Source: Podarcis pityusensis | Taxonomy: Eukaryota | DNA: 64,000 nucleotides | NCBI GenBank assembly: GCA_964106645.2 | Contig: OZ067039.1 | Direction: 5' to 3' (one strand) | Shown here: in pieces, positions 14,235 through 26,543 of the stretch | Layout of the letters: each line of letters begins with the position of its first letter | Numbering within the stretch: the first letter of the stretch is position 1 | Notes under the pieces: generated by a model | Database searches by the model: none | The model's input: the letters and a program-made list of their open reading frames with translations, nothing else | What the model was told of the DNA's origin: nothing | Made by a program: the position numbers and the translations under genes

Positions 14235-14576
14235 GGACGCGGGTGGCGCTGTGGGTTAAACCACAGAGCCTAGGACTTGCTGATCAGAAGGTCAGCAGTT
14301 CAAATCCCCACAACGGGGTGAGCTCCCGTTGCTCGGTCCCTGCTCCTGCCAACCTAGCAGTTCAAAAGCACGTCAAAGTGCAAGTGGATAAATAGGTACC
14401 GCTCTGGCGGGAAGGTCAACGGCATTTTCATGCGCTGCTCTGGTTCGCCAGAAGCGGTTTAGTCATGACCCGGAAGCTGTATGCCGGCTCCCTCGGCCAA
14501 TAAAGCGAGATGAGCGCCACAACCCCAGAGTCGGCCATAACTGGACCTAATGGTCAGGGGTTCCTTTACCTTTACC
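14235..14576 (+). mobile_element. Sauria (POM-type) SINE
   Basis: Full head and tail; CATGTGGAC repeated at 14230-14238 and 14576-14584; small internal deletion between two CATG. Confidence 0.9.
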
Positions 14577-14969
14577 ATGTGGACTAGGTTTATGTTTTCA
14601 CCAAACTAAAAGATTTAGTGCCACCTGCAAACCTGGCCACCTCACTCTTCAAAACCCTAACTCCAAATCATTTATGAACTAGTTAAAAAGCATTGATCTC
14701 AATACAGTTCTTTGTGGGACCCCACTGTTTACACCTCTCTTTTGCAAGGAATGTATAACATTCCAATTCTCCCCCTAACGCTTAGATTTTCCCAGATCTG
14801 CATTGGTCCTTCTGCCTAAGTTTCAGCAAGAGAGAAAAATTCAGCCAATGTACATTCTCCATGAAAACACAACCTATGAAAAATAAAACCTCAAGGGAGA
14901 TTAAACATGAAAAGGCAGAACAAAAGTCTTATCAAAACGATCGTGAACTATTTCTTTCTAACTCCCATA

Positions 14970-15295
14970 AGGAGCATCTCTACCCCCATCATTCACAGCC
15001 CAGACACTGAGGTCCAGCTCTGAGGGCTTTCTGGCGGTTCCCTCACTGTGACAAGTGAGGTTACAGGGAACCAGGCAGAGGGCCTTCTCGGTAGTGGTGC
15101 CCACCCTGTGGAACGCCCTCCCATCAAACGTCAAACAGATAAACAATTATATGACTTTTAGAAGACATCTGAAGGCAGCCCTGTACAGGGAAGTTTTTAA
15201 TGTTTGAAGTTTTATTGTGTTTTAATATTTTGCTGGAAGCTGCCCATAGTACCTGGGGCAACTCAGTCAGATGGAGCAGCATATAAAGAATAAAA
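14970..15295 (+). mobile_element. L2-clade LINE 3' fragment, same family as 11230-11710
   Basis: Reverse-complement similarity to about 11230-11520; followed by (CAT)n. Confidence 0.85.
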
Positions 15296-15324
15296 TCATC
15301 ATCATCATCATCATCCACCCCCAA

Positions 15325-16170
15325 AAGGTAGGGTGTCTAGTCTACCTTCCTTGACTAACAGGGCTTTTGATAAAGCGTGTTCTCCTTCATGGAGAGCACG
15401 TGTTGCGGTGGGGGCCGCCAGGACACTCCAAAGTTGGGGGGCGGGCTAATTGATCGTTGGCCACTGATGCGACTGGGGCTTCCCTTGTTGTTGGGAAGAA
15501 GTTAATGTTGCCATTTATTGATTGACAGCCGGAAATAGTAAAACTCCTTGCATGAGGCTAGGGCTTCCTCTTTTCGCCCGTGCATCAGATTGCCCGTCCC
15601 TCCCTCCCTAGAATAGGGTTGTTTGCTTTGACCTTGCTATGCCTGTCATGGGGTTGTCTGCTTTGGAGCGGGAGCCTGGTAGGAATTTTGTCCATCTGGC
15701 TGATTGGCTGGGGCCATTTGGTTTTTGCCTACTGCGTAGCAAATCAACACAACTTATAAGGTTCGCGGTTAGGCATTGGTTTATGGTTTGGTTGGTTGAG
15801 GGGCATGGATTGGCTGTGCCTGCCCCTCTAACGCTGCTGCTGCAAGGGATTCCGTTAAAGGAATTGGGAGCTAACTCTTACTTGTCCACTCTGTCAAGGG
15901 GGCTTGGGCCATAGCAATGAGCTCCTGGTTGCATTTGGGGTTCAAAATGTATTCCCCCAAGTGTATTCCCCCATTCTGACTTTCGCATCGTGCGGAATGT
16001 CAGTCTGTCCCCCATGGTGGGGGCAGATAGTCGCAACCAATGCCTACGCAACCACTCACAAATTTGTATTTTAATAAAGTTGTGGCCAAAATTATGCCAA
16101 AAATCTTAAACAAAAACTTCTGTGTGATGTGTGAGTTATTGGGGTGGACCTGGGGACCTCGACACGCAAG
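15325..16170 (+). mobile_element. GC-richer repeat-like block, possibly a terminal repeat of a DIRS/Ngaro or LTR retroelement
   Basis: Compositional shift, retained CpGs, AATAAAGTTGTGGCC near the 3' end; no coding motif; class is a guess. Confidence 0.35.
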
Positions 16171-16948
16171 TTCTATTTCCATCTCTTGTCTGAACTATTT
16201 CAAGACTCAGGGCCAAAGCCTGAGTCCCACAAGTGATATAGATTCAAAGCTGCACTGTTTTTCTGTATTTATTTTTTACTCAGATCTGCATTATTTTGAG
16301 ATTGATCTAAGCAAGATTCATATATATAATCTTTGTGTTTCATCAATTTATTGTGATAAGCAGGAATGCTGGTCAGCAGGATTGCATCAAAAGACCTTAG
16401 GATTTTTAATTAAACTGTGAAGGCAGAAGCCTTGAATGCAGAGTAAAGGGTTTTAATTTCCTCAAGTTAATTATCAGAAATCCCTCTGATGTATTTCAAC
16501 CTTTTTCATAAACTTGTAACCAATTGAAGCTTCTTGTATTTAGTCTTTATTTGCTCTTGTAAAAGTGGAGGTTACTGAAAGCAAAAATGTAACGGAAGAA
16601 AATGTCATGGGAAGACGAATGCCAGGGACTTTTTTGTGTTTTTTTAAAGCTTTTTACCACAGCTATCAGTTTTAAAAGCAACACAAAATCCTTCCGATTA
16701 AGAATACTGTTAATTTGAACAATACAGAATGTTTGGCATGGTTTACACACAGAAATTCTTTGTTATATTATGCAAAGAACAAAACAAGTATGAAATTACA
16801 AGCTAATATTCAGGATCTAAGGGAAGCAGCTAACATATTTTAAATCTAGCTGCCTGTTTGTAGGACTACAGTTTTAAAGCACAGGCAAACCTTCTTTCAG
16901 AAATGCAGTTCTGCAGGGAACAGATTTTTCCAGTATATTTTAAAGCAT

Positions 16949-16982
<34 letters not shown>
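16949..16982. repeat. (CA)n microsatellite
   Basis: Seen directly; others at about 31850-31876 and 39863-39891. Confidence 0.95.
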
Positions 16983-16984
<2 letters not shown>

Positions 16985-17524
16985 ACTCACAATAGCTGTA
17001 ATCTCACTGGAAATGACTTCCTATCTTCCAGCACCAGATTAAGCCCCTTTTATTTCCCCTGTTCTTTTAGTGTTTATATTTAGACTTATTTTAGCCTGGA
17101 TATTCATTTTATTCTGAGGCTAAGTTGCTTCAGGTTGTGCCCATTGATTTCCCTCCGCTGACATCAGCGTAAAGTGAAGGAAGGTGAATTTTGCAAACTT
17201 CTTCTTGATGTGACCCTCAGCACCGTTTTAAGTAAAATAAAATAAATGAATAAATTATATTCCACATCAAGTATAACATAGGCGAGAAATATCTATAAAT
17301 GCAAGGGGGGGAAATAAATAAATATGTTGTAACGGTCAGCTTGTTAGCGATTTCAAGTCACTTATGTGTGATGCTTCATCATATATTTATAGATAGGCTT
17401 TGGGGTTTTAACATTGTAACGGGGGGGGGGGGAGGAAATGATCCTATTATATATATAAAAAATGAAGTCCTCTTCTGAAGATACTTTTCTATAGCAAAGA
17501 CCTGCTTTTTAATACACAAACACA

Positions 17525-17818
17525 CAGGGCCGGATTTAGTTTTGATGAGGCCCTAAGCTACTGAAGGTAATGGGGCCCTTTATATGTCCAGCTGTCCTTT
17601 GTCGCTGTTTTTTTGTGTTGAATATATGCTATATGGTAATTTATGGACCTAATAGGTATCTAAAGCCATTTGATTTCTTTTTTTATCTTATATTTTGGAA
17701 ATGTACATTCAGGGGTTTTTTCCTTTAAATTTTTTTGGGGGCCGCCAAGAGAGTGGGGCCCTAAACAATAGCTTGTTTAGCTTATAGCTTATTTAGCTTA
17801 CATGTAAATCCGGCACTG
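17525..17818. mobile_element. hAT MITE
   Basis: TIRs CAGGGCCGGATTTA / TAAATCCGGCACTG; 8-bp TSD CA(A/C)ACACA. Confidence 0.8.
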
Positions 17819-17990
17819 CACACACAGACTCTTTAAAAAGTAAAATTGAATCCAATGTTGTGTGAGTGAAATTCTACTCAGACAAAAACCTGCAACTTGA
17901 TCTCAGGGACCACTGTGCAAAATTTGGTTATGATATCTTAAGAGGTGTTGAAATGCACAGTGAACAAGCAACTTTCTAAAGCTTTTAAGT

Positions 17991-18126
17991 CAGGTACAGG
18001 CAAACTCCGGTCCTCCAGATGTTTGGGACTACGATTCCCATCATCCCTAGCTAACAAGACCAGTGGTCAGGGATGGTGGGAATTGTAGTCCCAAACACCT
18101 GGAGGGCTTGAGTTTGCCTATGGCTG
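17991..18126. mobile_element. Short palindromic hAT MITE
   Basis: Fold-back structure around GGACTAC...CCCATCATCCCT; TSD (T/A)TTTAAGT; relatives near 12089-12225, 30890-30990, 48230-48300 and 52470-52600. Confidence 0.8.
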
Positions 18127-20699
18127 ATTTAAGTGGATGAGCAGCGATAACTAATATTAGAAGATTCAATGCATCCTAAAGAGGTGACACATATGAACTG
18201 GGATCTGAATTTTGGAAAGCAAAAAATAACCCTGGAAAGAAATGTTGTGGATGCAAATGAAACAATTTAAAAGGAGAAAATTACCTTGAAGAAGGCAATA
18301 TGTACTTGGAATACTGAAAACGACAGAAAAGGATGGAGGGAGCCTGCCTTGTTACAAATGGGAGAGCGAACCAAAACAATAATAATGAGTTGCAACAGAT
18401 TTAGGGCAGCAGCAATGTAGGAAACACCACTTATTTTTGAAGGGATAGCTGAGAGCCCAGTAAAAATCAGTAACTTCACCTCCAATAGCAGACACAATGC
18501 ATGGCATTGCCCTTAAGCAAAAAGGGGGAAGTACATCATTAATGAAGGAAGCAAAACATACCCCTATCTGCATAAATTGTCATTTACCTCAATACACAGC
18601 ACCATTTGACAGATGGAATCATTGACCAAGACAGCGTTCCCAGCCTACCATTTGCCTGTTAAAGGTATCCATTTGAGAACAGCAATAAGTTTAATGAGGC
18701 TTGCATGCAAGGATAACTTGCTGATCTCTGGGGGAGGGAGAAAATATGAATAAAATAATGATATAGTGCAATTCTATATACTGTAATTTTATGGAGGTGT
18801 GGCAATGAGAGAAACCTTAAGCGGGAGCACCATGTTTCTCATGCAGTGAGGTAGAATTGTGTAAATCTCCACCTGCAAACATATATATTCATCCCTATTA
18901 ACATAGGGTGCTTCCAGTTTGAATCATGATGGGTTCTCCCCTCAAAAAGTATCTCCCATTCATTCATGCCCTCTGGCACTTTTGCCTGAATGCCCCTCTC
19001 ACACTGCCATGCAGCATTACATTTTTTTGAAATCTGTATATATATTTTTTCCTAATTTAGAAACAGCAGTTGTTTGTGAATGACAAAGCACAGCGGGGCA
19101 GAGAGTAGATGGGCGAGATCCCTTCTGAAACTTGAACTTTGTAAGTTCTGAGCAGGACAATGCCAGAACTGACTCAGCCATGCCAATTTCATAAAAGGCC
19201 ATGTTATACATTGACTTTTTGTGCCTTTTTAAATATTTGTGCTTCTTGTTCACAGACTCATTCCTGCTAGTTAGCACACACTATGTGATCCATCATCTTA
19301 TATGTGGCACAGCCGTGTACTACACTGCTTGCTTGCTAAAGGGCGAGGGAATCATCATAAAGAGTTATTTATGGCAGCTCTGAGTCACCTACCTCTTGCG
19401 AGGTGAAAACTGAGGAGTCTTACTTATTTATAGCCAAGACTTGTACTGATACATTCTGCTGGCCTTTAACATGAAACTGTGGTAAAGATAGTTTAAAATT
19501 AGACAACACAGAAGCACATCACCTGTGATGAACAAGACCGTAACGGTTAACCCTTCCCCCACAAACCACCGCCTTTTCCGGTGCTTCGGCCTGAAGCCAA
19601 TCTTGTTCTGTTCCAAGGTTCCTGAATAACGCTAGGGAAGCATTGGCAAGGGCAAGAGCAGCACCAGATTCTGAAAGAACTTCAGTGCAGAACCTCGGCG
19701 ACAGGGAGAGAGTGATGTATGCAAATGCTCCTCCACGGTCTTTGCTTTCCTTGCGGGCTGCAGTAAAATTACTTATATATCACTACTACCAATTGTATGA
19801 ACATATCACCATAGTTCTTTATTTAGGGGTTTTAATGCATTGCTTCAGTGCAACAAATGCAAACCGTTTGTTATTTTGCCCACTATGAGCTGCTCCATCC
19901 ATTTCATGATTCAGGAGGGCCATAATAATGTATGCAGCTAGATTCACATTACTGTGTGTACACTCACGCCCCGGTTTTTCCACATTCATGATTGTGTATC
20001 CGTCTCATTATGATGTTCATCACATCATAATGAGATGTGAGAACACTGTACTAAGCACTGGCTATTCACTAAATGGGCAAGATCCAATGTTGAGCCAGTA
20101 GACCCGATGGGACTCCCCTCTTTCCTCTCCTAGGCCTGCTCTTGAGGGTCCCCCAACCTTCTCAAATTATTTTTGAGGGTATGCTGGGGTCTCTGGGGGA
20201 GAGGACAAGGAGTCTCATTTGCACAAGTGGAAAGTTATTGTGCAAGCAAGATGACACAATTGTGTATTATGCAACAAAAGCCAATTGTTTCTGAAGAGAT
20301 GCTCCACTGGAAGAGGTAACCACCTGCTTCTTAAGGAGATCATCATGCCATGATGAATGAAACATCCTCTTTGTAGCCCATGAGCTAAGAGACCATCATT
20401 GTTGAGATATTTGACTTCTTGTATTTTCAGTTTAGTCCATTAGCACACAGATTTTTCTAAAGAAGCACAGAGTAAGAATAAATGGACAGTTCTTCTTCTT
20501 CTTACCATTTATTAAATTTGTATATTGCCCTTCATCTGAAGATCACAGGGTGGTTTACAACATAAAAATTCAAAATGAGAACACAAAATACAAACAAACA
20601 CAAACAAATAGCCCCCCTCCCCCCAAAAAAACATTTAAAAGGCCATAGAATGTTTAATCAGCCAAAAGCATGGTTATAAACAAACATTTTTGTCTGATG

Positions 20700-20870
20700 G
20701 AGGGAGGTAAAAAATTGGACTCCCCAAGGATTGGTCTTGGGACCTGTGCTTTTTAACTTGTTCATAAATGACTTAAAGAGTTGGGAATCTATGGTGCAAC
20801 CAGACTCAGAATACAGTGTACAGTTCTGGTTGCCTTGGCTCAAAAAAGATATTGTAGAGTTGGAAAGGTC
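20700..20870 (+). mobile_element. Degenerate CR1 fragments
   Basis: PQGLVLGPVLFNLFINDL RT motif joined to EYSVQFW; a related piece lies on the minus strand at about 14660-14730. Confidence 0.65.
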
Positions 20871-22109
20871 TATCCAATTGGATGCTTGCTATACGAACAC
20901 AAACAATGGATTAATTGTTTCCTAGAAGTAATCAGGACCATCCCTCAAGTAGGATTTGAAGTAAAATATTTTCTAATGCAGCATTTAAGAAGCATCTTCT
21001 GCATTCTTTGCTTGGTATGTTTGAGGTAAATAGAAAACAAGTCATCAAGGTTAAGGCACTTGAAAAAACAATTCTTTGCTGGCACTTACTGCCTAGGACA
21101 GATCATTACTATCATAAGAGAAAGAAATTCCCTGGATGCAATTTTGCCTCCTCCTGTCTAGCCATCTGAGCACCCCTAAGACAACAGCTTGAAGCCTGGA
21201 AAAGACTTTTCTATCAGTTCTGCTTAAGATTTGAGCAGTGATTTGGGTTCGTTATTCTTTTCACTGCACAAGCCAGTTGGCATCCTCTGTGGTGGTTAGG
21301 CATTCTAGTGTGACTGTGTTCAGATACATGATTTGAACGATAAATTGAGAAGGCATTTAATCAGGGTTGTGCGTATGCTGTGATTGCACCAGGCAGGTTC
21401 TGAAATTAATGTCATTTTCTGGAGAACTCCAGTTTTCATTAGGGGGGAAAGCCAGCCTCTAGCTCTTAAATCTGGAGGGGAATATAGGCTTGACATTGTA
21501 ATTACAAACTCACAGAACCCACAAGAAAAGGATGAATGGTATCTGCAGCACTCAGAGTTGGTGGCACTGTTTTCCATGTTCTAGATAGCTCCTTGCCTCT
21601 TCTTATGACTATATTTGGTTATATACAAATTTACGCAGACCCTATAATTTTTACAGGTCAGAGAGTTCAGGGGGGTTTTTTTGTAGCAAACTGTAGGTTT
21701 GCAATAAAGTCAGAGAAACAAAGTCGTTCAGAATTGTCATGGCTAAAAATTGACCGCTGTTTCTTTAATGCTAAAAGAACTAAATCAGCATGAGTCAGCG
21801 GCCTACAATGACTCCTGCAACCTTTCACCAAATGGTACCTGCATATATAGTGTGGTCAATGTTAGTGTTGGGTGCGGGTTGGTTGGATGGTAGAAAGCTG
21901 GTTGCGTTTGGTGTGTGTAAAAGCTGTCAGTCGTGGTTGGAGAAGAAGACTTTTTAAGAATAAAAGCAGCAATACTCTGCAAGAATACTCTTTCTCAAAG
22001 ACTCTTTTGTGCCAACTAAGGACTAGGCAAAGGAGTAAAATGGAGGTCAGAACCTTTTCTTTTTCAAACACTGAATTTCACAGACACTACGAGAAATGCT
22101 TAATTCTCA

Positions 22110-22260
22110 GGAACAGCCTGGATAGCTCAGTCAGTTAGAGCATGGTGCTAAGAATGCAAAGGCTGCAGGTATGAGACAGCTGAATATTCCTGCATTGCAG
22201 GGAGTTGGACTAGATGGTCCTCAGGGTCCCTTCCAACTCTACAATTCTATGATTCTATGA
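22110..22260 (+). mobile_element. tRNA-head SINE with CR1-derived 3' tail
   Basis: GATAGCTCAGTCAGTTAGAGCATGGTGCT A-box-like head; tail GGGTCCCTTCCAACTCTACAATTCTATGATTCTATG; related tails at about 10925-10995 and 30745-30890. Confidence 0.7.
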
Positions 22261-24069
22261 AATCCACTCTTTGCAGCAACATAAGTTTCCGTGAAAGCTC
22301 TTAAGCTGCAAAACACCATACGAAGTGGGTGGGTTTATTTGCTTGTGTTTATCCGTCAAGAAATTACATAAAAGAAAAATAAGAGGATAATATTGTCAAG
22401 AACTGACTATTATTAAGTCACAGCTTTATTGGATTATCTGAAAATAGGTAAGGATAAACTCAGTTAATGCAAATGCGTGATTTTTTTAATTTTTTTTGCT
22501 GTGCAAGGTGCTAATCTTCTATTAATTTGTGTACATTAAAAAATGTGTGACAGGCTGCAGAGCTCAGTTAGCATCTGTAGCAGGGTGGGAGAGAGAGTCT
22601 GCATGAATGCGTGTGTGTATTATACATACTTAGATTCTCACACACACTCCTAAAAGCTAAATTCAAAAAAGATGCAGTGGAAGGGACTTAACACAAGACG
22701 AGCCCTGCTGGATGTGACCAAAGGTCCAATTTAATCCAGCGTTCCGATTCCTACAGGGACATCAGATATTCAAGGGTACTTTGCTTCTGAACATGGCACA
22801 TTCAACTTATCTATCCTCTGCAAACTTGTCTAATCCCTGTTAAAAGCTATCTAAGCCATGGTCCTTGACACCAGACCATCAGCGACTTAGAATCTTCTGA
22901 TAGCAGTTCAATGCCTGAGTCAGAATTCTAGCATCTCTCTTCAGCTCCCTGCCATCCCCCTCCAATCTGCTCCAGAGGGTTGAGACATGGGGTGGTATTC
23001 AAAGAGGTTTTACTCCCAGGTAGAATGACTGGAATTAAACAACATGACCAAGGGCGTTATCTGCATTCATAGTTTTTAATCTTAAGGAAGGGTTAAGGAA
23101 TGGTTTGATAACGTGGATGGACAACAGGACGTCCTACTTTTTACGTTCATAATATGTTATTACCTTGTCCCTTTCATTGCTTAATTTTAAAAATTATTTT
23201 ATGCTCCTATATTGGTAGAACACTGCTTGTATGTCCTTATGCAGTGTTTTACCTTTTTGACTGCATTCAAACCCTGATTCCCCTCCAGTGGTATTCAAGT
23301 GGCAGATAACAAAGGACACAGAAGGTGGGAGGAAGAATTAAAATGTGACACCACAGAGGCAGAGCAGAGCTACCAGCGACCAGCAGCAGGGGCAGAAAAT
23401 GGTGTTTTGGAAAATGGTGTGGCCGGATATTACTTACATTTGTCGAAGAGAAAGGTAAAAAAAAGTTTTAATTAACAAGTATGCCCTGTGACATTTTAGA
23501 ATGACATATCTAATATCGTTCTAATGGGGGAAACAATGTTAAACAGGTCAGTGTAGATCTAGTCTAAGTTAAATTCATTTGGTCTACTCTGAGTAAAACT
23601 TATTTGAAAACCACTCATCATGGAAGTTTGCAGGATAAAGAGGGTTGTTTGCTAAGATCTTCCTACTTTTCTTTCACAAAAGCCTTGGCTGGTGTAAAGA
23701 GCCTTCAATAAGTGGGGGAAGACAGTTAGATACTGCCCAGAACGTTCTTGCAATCCTGCAAATAACATTTGATTTAAAAAAGCAACAACAACTAAGTGTG
23801 GAATCAGGGAGCCAGCTAGTCATTCCATATTTTTTTTACCTGCCCAGGTCCCCCCCCCCCCCCCCAGTACCAACAAACACACAACAATCAATGCTATGGG
23901 AAAAGTAAATAATAATAAAAAGGTTATACTCCACACTACTGAAGTTCCCTTTCATGATGCCAGTTTCTTGGGAAATGGAAGCATCAATGCAAAAAAGTTG
24001 ACGAACTATATCCCATTCAGTGTATTGGAATCACTGAGCTGAGGCCACTTCCATCCATGCTGCCTGACC

Positions 24070-24460
24070 ATTATTATTATTATAATTATAATTCATTCAT
24101 TAAATTTGTATACTGCCCTTCATCCATAGAACTCAGGGCAGTTCACAACACAAAATTACAATATAAAAGCCACAAGATACATAGTAAAAGAAGATTAGCA
24201 AGCCAATAAGCCCACCCTCACAACATAATTAAAAGGGTATCAGATGTCATCAGCCAAAGGCCTGGTTTGAGAGGAACGTTTCTGCCTGGTGCCTAAAGGT
24301 ATATAATGAAGGCGCCAGGCAAATCACCCTGGGGAGAGCATTATACAAACAGGGAGCCACTGCAGAAAAGGCCTGTTCTCGTGTTGCCACCCTCTGGACC
24401 TCTTGTGGGGGAGGCACACGAAGAAGGGCCTCAGAGGATGGTCTCAGGGTCCAGGTAACT
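24070..24460 (-). mobile_element. Older L2 3' fragment
   Basis: RAFSAVAP-like motif and (ATT)n tail; similar old L2 pieces near 20500-20690, 39050-39290, 51460-51700 and 57200-57430. Confidence 0.6.
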
Positions 24461-25013
24461 TGCTCTTCTGAGCTGTTTCTTGGTCCTGCAGGAGAGCAAT
24501 GAGGCTTTCAGACTTATTTTTAAATCTCTCATGGATCCTAAATTACTAATAGTTATGCACAGAACCTGCCAAAATAAACTAAATTGCGTGTGCATTGGAA
24601 ATAGGCTAGGGGCCATAAAGGAATAATGATTTTAACATGTTCAATACCAGCTGCAGCTTACTCTTCTAATCAGCTGTGACTTCTCTGCTGGGTTCTGTTC
24701 TCTCACCTGGAACATTTGTGCCTGCACCAGGTAATTTTGAAAAGGCCTTTTAGGCCAGGCCTCGAAGCCTGCAGCCAGTATGCAGAAATATATATTACTG
24801 GCTGATTTCCACCCACCCCAATATCCCCTAGAGGCCCATGTTTTAACTCTGGGGGTGCAATGGGTTTTTTACATTATATTTTTATGTCTTATTTTATATT
24901 CAAATTGTTTTTTCATTTATTGTAAGCCTCACAGAGAACATGGCAGCCCCCACACATTGCACAACAAACAAGGGGGTTGTTGTGGGGAGCAAGATTCCAT
25001 ATACAGGCTAGTG

Positions 25014-25267
25014 CATGGGTAGGCAAACTAAGGCCTGGGGGCCGGATCCGGCCCAATCGCCTTCTAAATCCGGCCTGCGGATGGTCCGGGAATCAGTGTG
25101 TTTTTACATGAGTAGAATTTGTCCTTTTATTTAAAATGTATCTCTGGATTATTTGAGGGGCATAGGAATTCGTTCTTTTTTACCCCTTTTCAAAATATAG
25201 TCCGGCCCCCCACAAGGTCTGAGGGACAGTGGACTGGCCCCCTGCTGAAAAAGTTTGCTGACCCCTG
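25014..25267 (+). mobile_element. hAT (Charlie-like) MITE
   Basis: Imperfect TIRs CATGGGTAGGCAAACT / AGTTTGCTGACCCCTG; perfect 8-bp TSD GGCTAGTG. Confidence 0.88.
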
Positions 25268-25656
25268 GGCTAGTGCATGTGAGATCTACCAACACGGCAA
25301 AAGGGTGTGCCCTTGCTGTCGTGTTTGTGGAGCCCTGCCTGAAACAGATCTGACAGTGCTGATTGCTAGCGATAAGGAATGAGCTTATTCAGGAAATTAT
25401 GTCCAGGAAAATGGCTCCTCAGATCAGAAGCACTGAAAGGCTCTCAGGCATAAAATGGGAACACAAACAGCAGAACAGTGCTCTTCAGGAGGACTACTAG
25501 CAGTAGTGTGGTTTTTATTACTCTGTGTAATTAACTGAAAAAATATGACTAAGACTAATGTGAGCCAATAAAAAAATGGAGAGACGTTGCGGTTTAATAC
25601 CACTTGCATGATATGTCTGAAAACTAAGAAGAAGAAGAAAAAGGAACTTGGTTTAA

Positions 25657-25978
25657 CAGAGGTCAGCAAACTTTTTCAGCAGGGGGCCGGTCCACTGTCC
25701 CTCAAACCTTGTGGAGGGCCAGACGATATTTTTTGGGGGGGAGGAGAATGAATTCCTATGCCCCACAAATAACCCAGAGATGCATTTTAAATAAAAGCAC
25801 ACATTCTACTCATGTAAAAGCACCAGGCAGACCCCACAAATAATCCAGAGATGCATTTTAAATAAAAGGGCACGTTCTACTCATGTAAAGACACGCTGAT
25901 TCCTGGACCGTCTGTGGGCCGGATTTAGAAGGTGATTGGGCCGGATCCGGCCTCCGGGCCTTAGTTTGCCTACCCATG
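25657..25978 (-). mobile_element. Second copy of the same hAT MITE, inverted, with internal duplication
   Basis: Reverse-complement match to 25014-25267; a ~70-bp unit starting CCCCACAAATAA occurs twice. Confidence 0.87.
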
Positions 25979-26189
25979 GTTTGAGCTACTTAAATTTTCC
26001 ACTGTGCACTCCATTAACTGTAGGAAGATTTGCAATATTCAGCTCATTTGGTCTACAGATCATAAACAAGGAACAATATGTCAATGTCCAAAAACGCATC
26101 TATTATTTCAATAGAAACAACGGCTTTATATACAGTTGCAAAGTATTGCATCTGCAGAAAATGTAAAAAATACACCTTAATATTACATT

Positions 26190-26543
26190 GGTAAAGGTAA
26201 AGGGAGCCCTGACTTTTAGGTCCAGTCGCGGACGACTCTGGGATTGCGGCGCTCATCTCACTTTACTGGCCGATGGAGCCGGTGTACAGCTTCCGGGTCA
26301 TGTGGCCAGCGTGACTAAGCTGCTTCTGGCAAACCAGAGCAGTGCACGGAAATGCCGTTTACCTTCCCGCCGGAGCGGTACCTATTTATCTACTTGCACT
26401 TTGACGTGCTTTTGAACTGCTAGGATGGCAGGAGCTGGGACCAAGCAACGGGAGCTCACCCCGTCGCAGGGATTTGAACCGCCGACCTTCTGATCGGCAA
26501 GCCCTAGGCTCTGTGGTTTAGATCACAGCGCCACCCGCGTCCC
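26190..26543 (-). mobile_element. Sauria (POM-type) SINE
   Basis: Full length; TSD TA(T/A)TACATTGGTA at 26181-26193 and 26544-26556. Confidence 0.9.

Noticed and set aside
22110-22180. Possible tRNA genes here and at the SINE heads
   Set aside because: Only A/B-box remnants fused to LINE-derived tails; no complete cloverleaf
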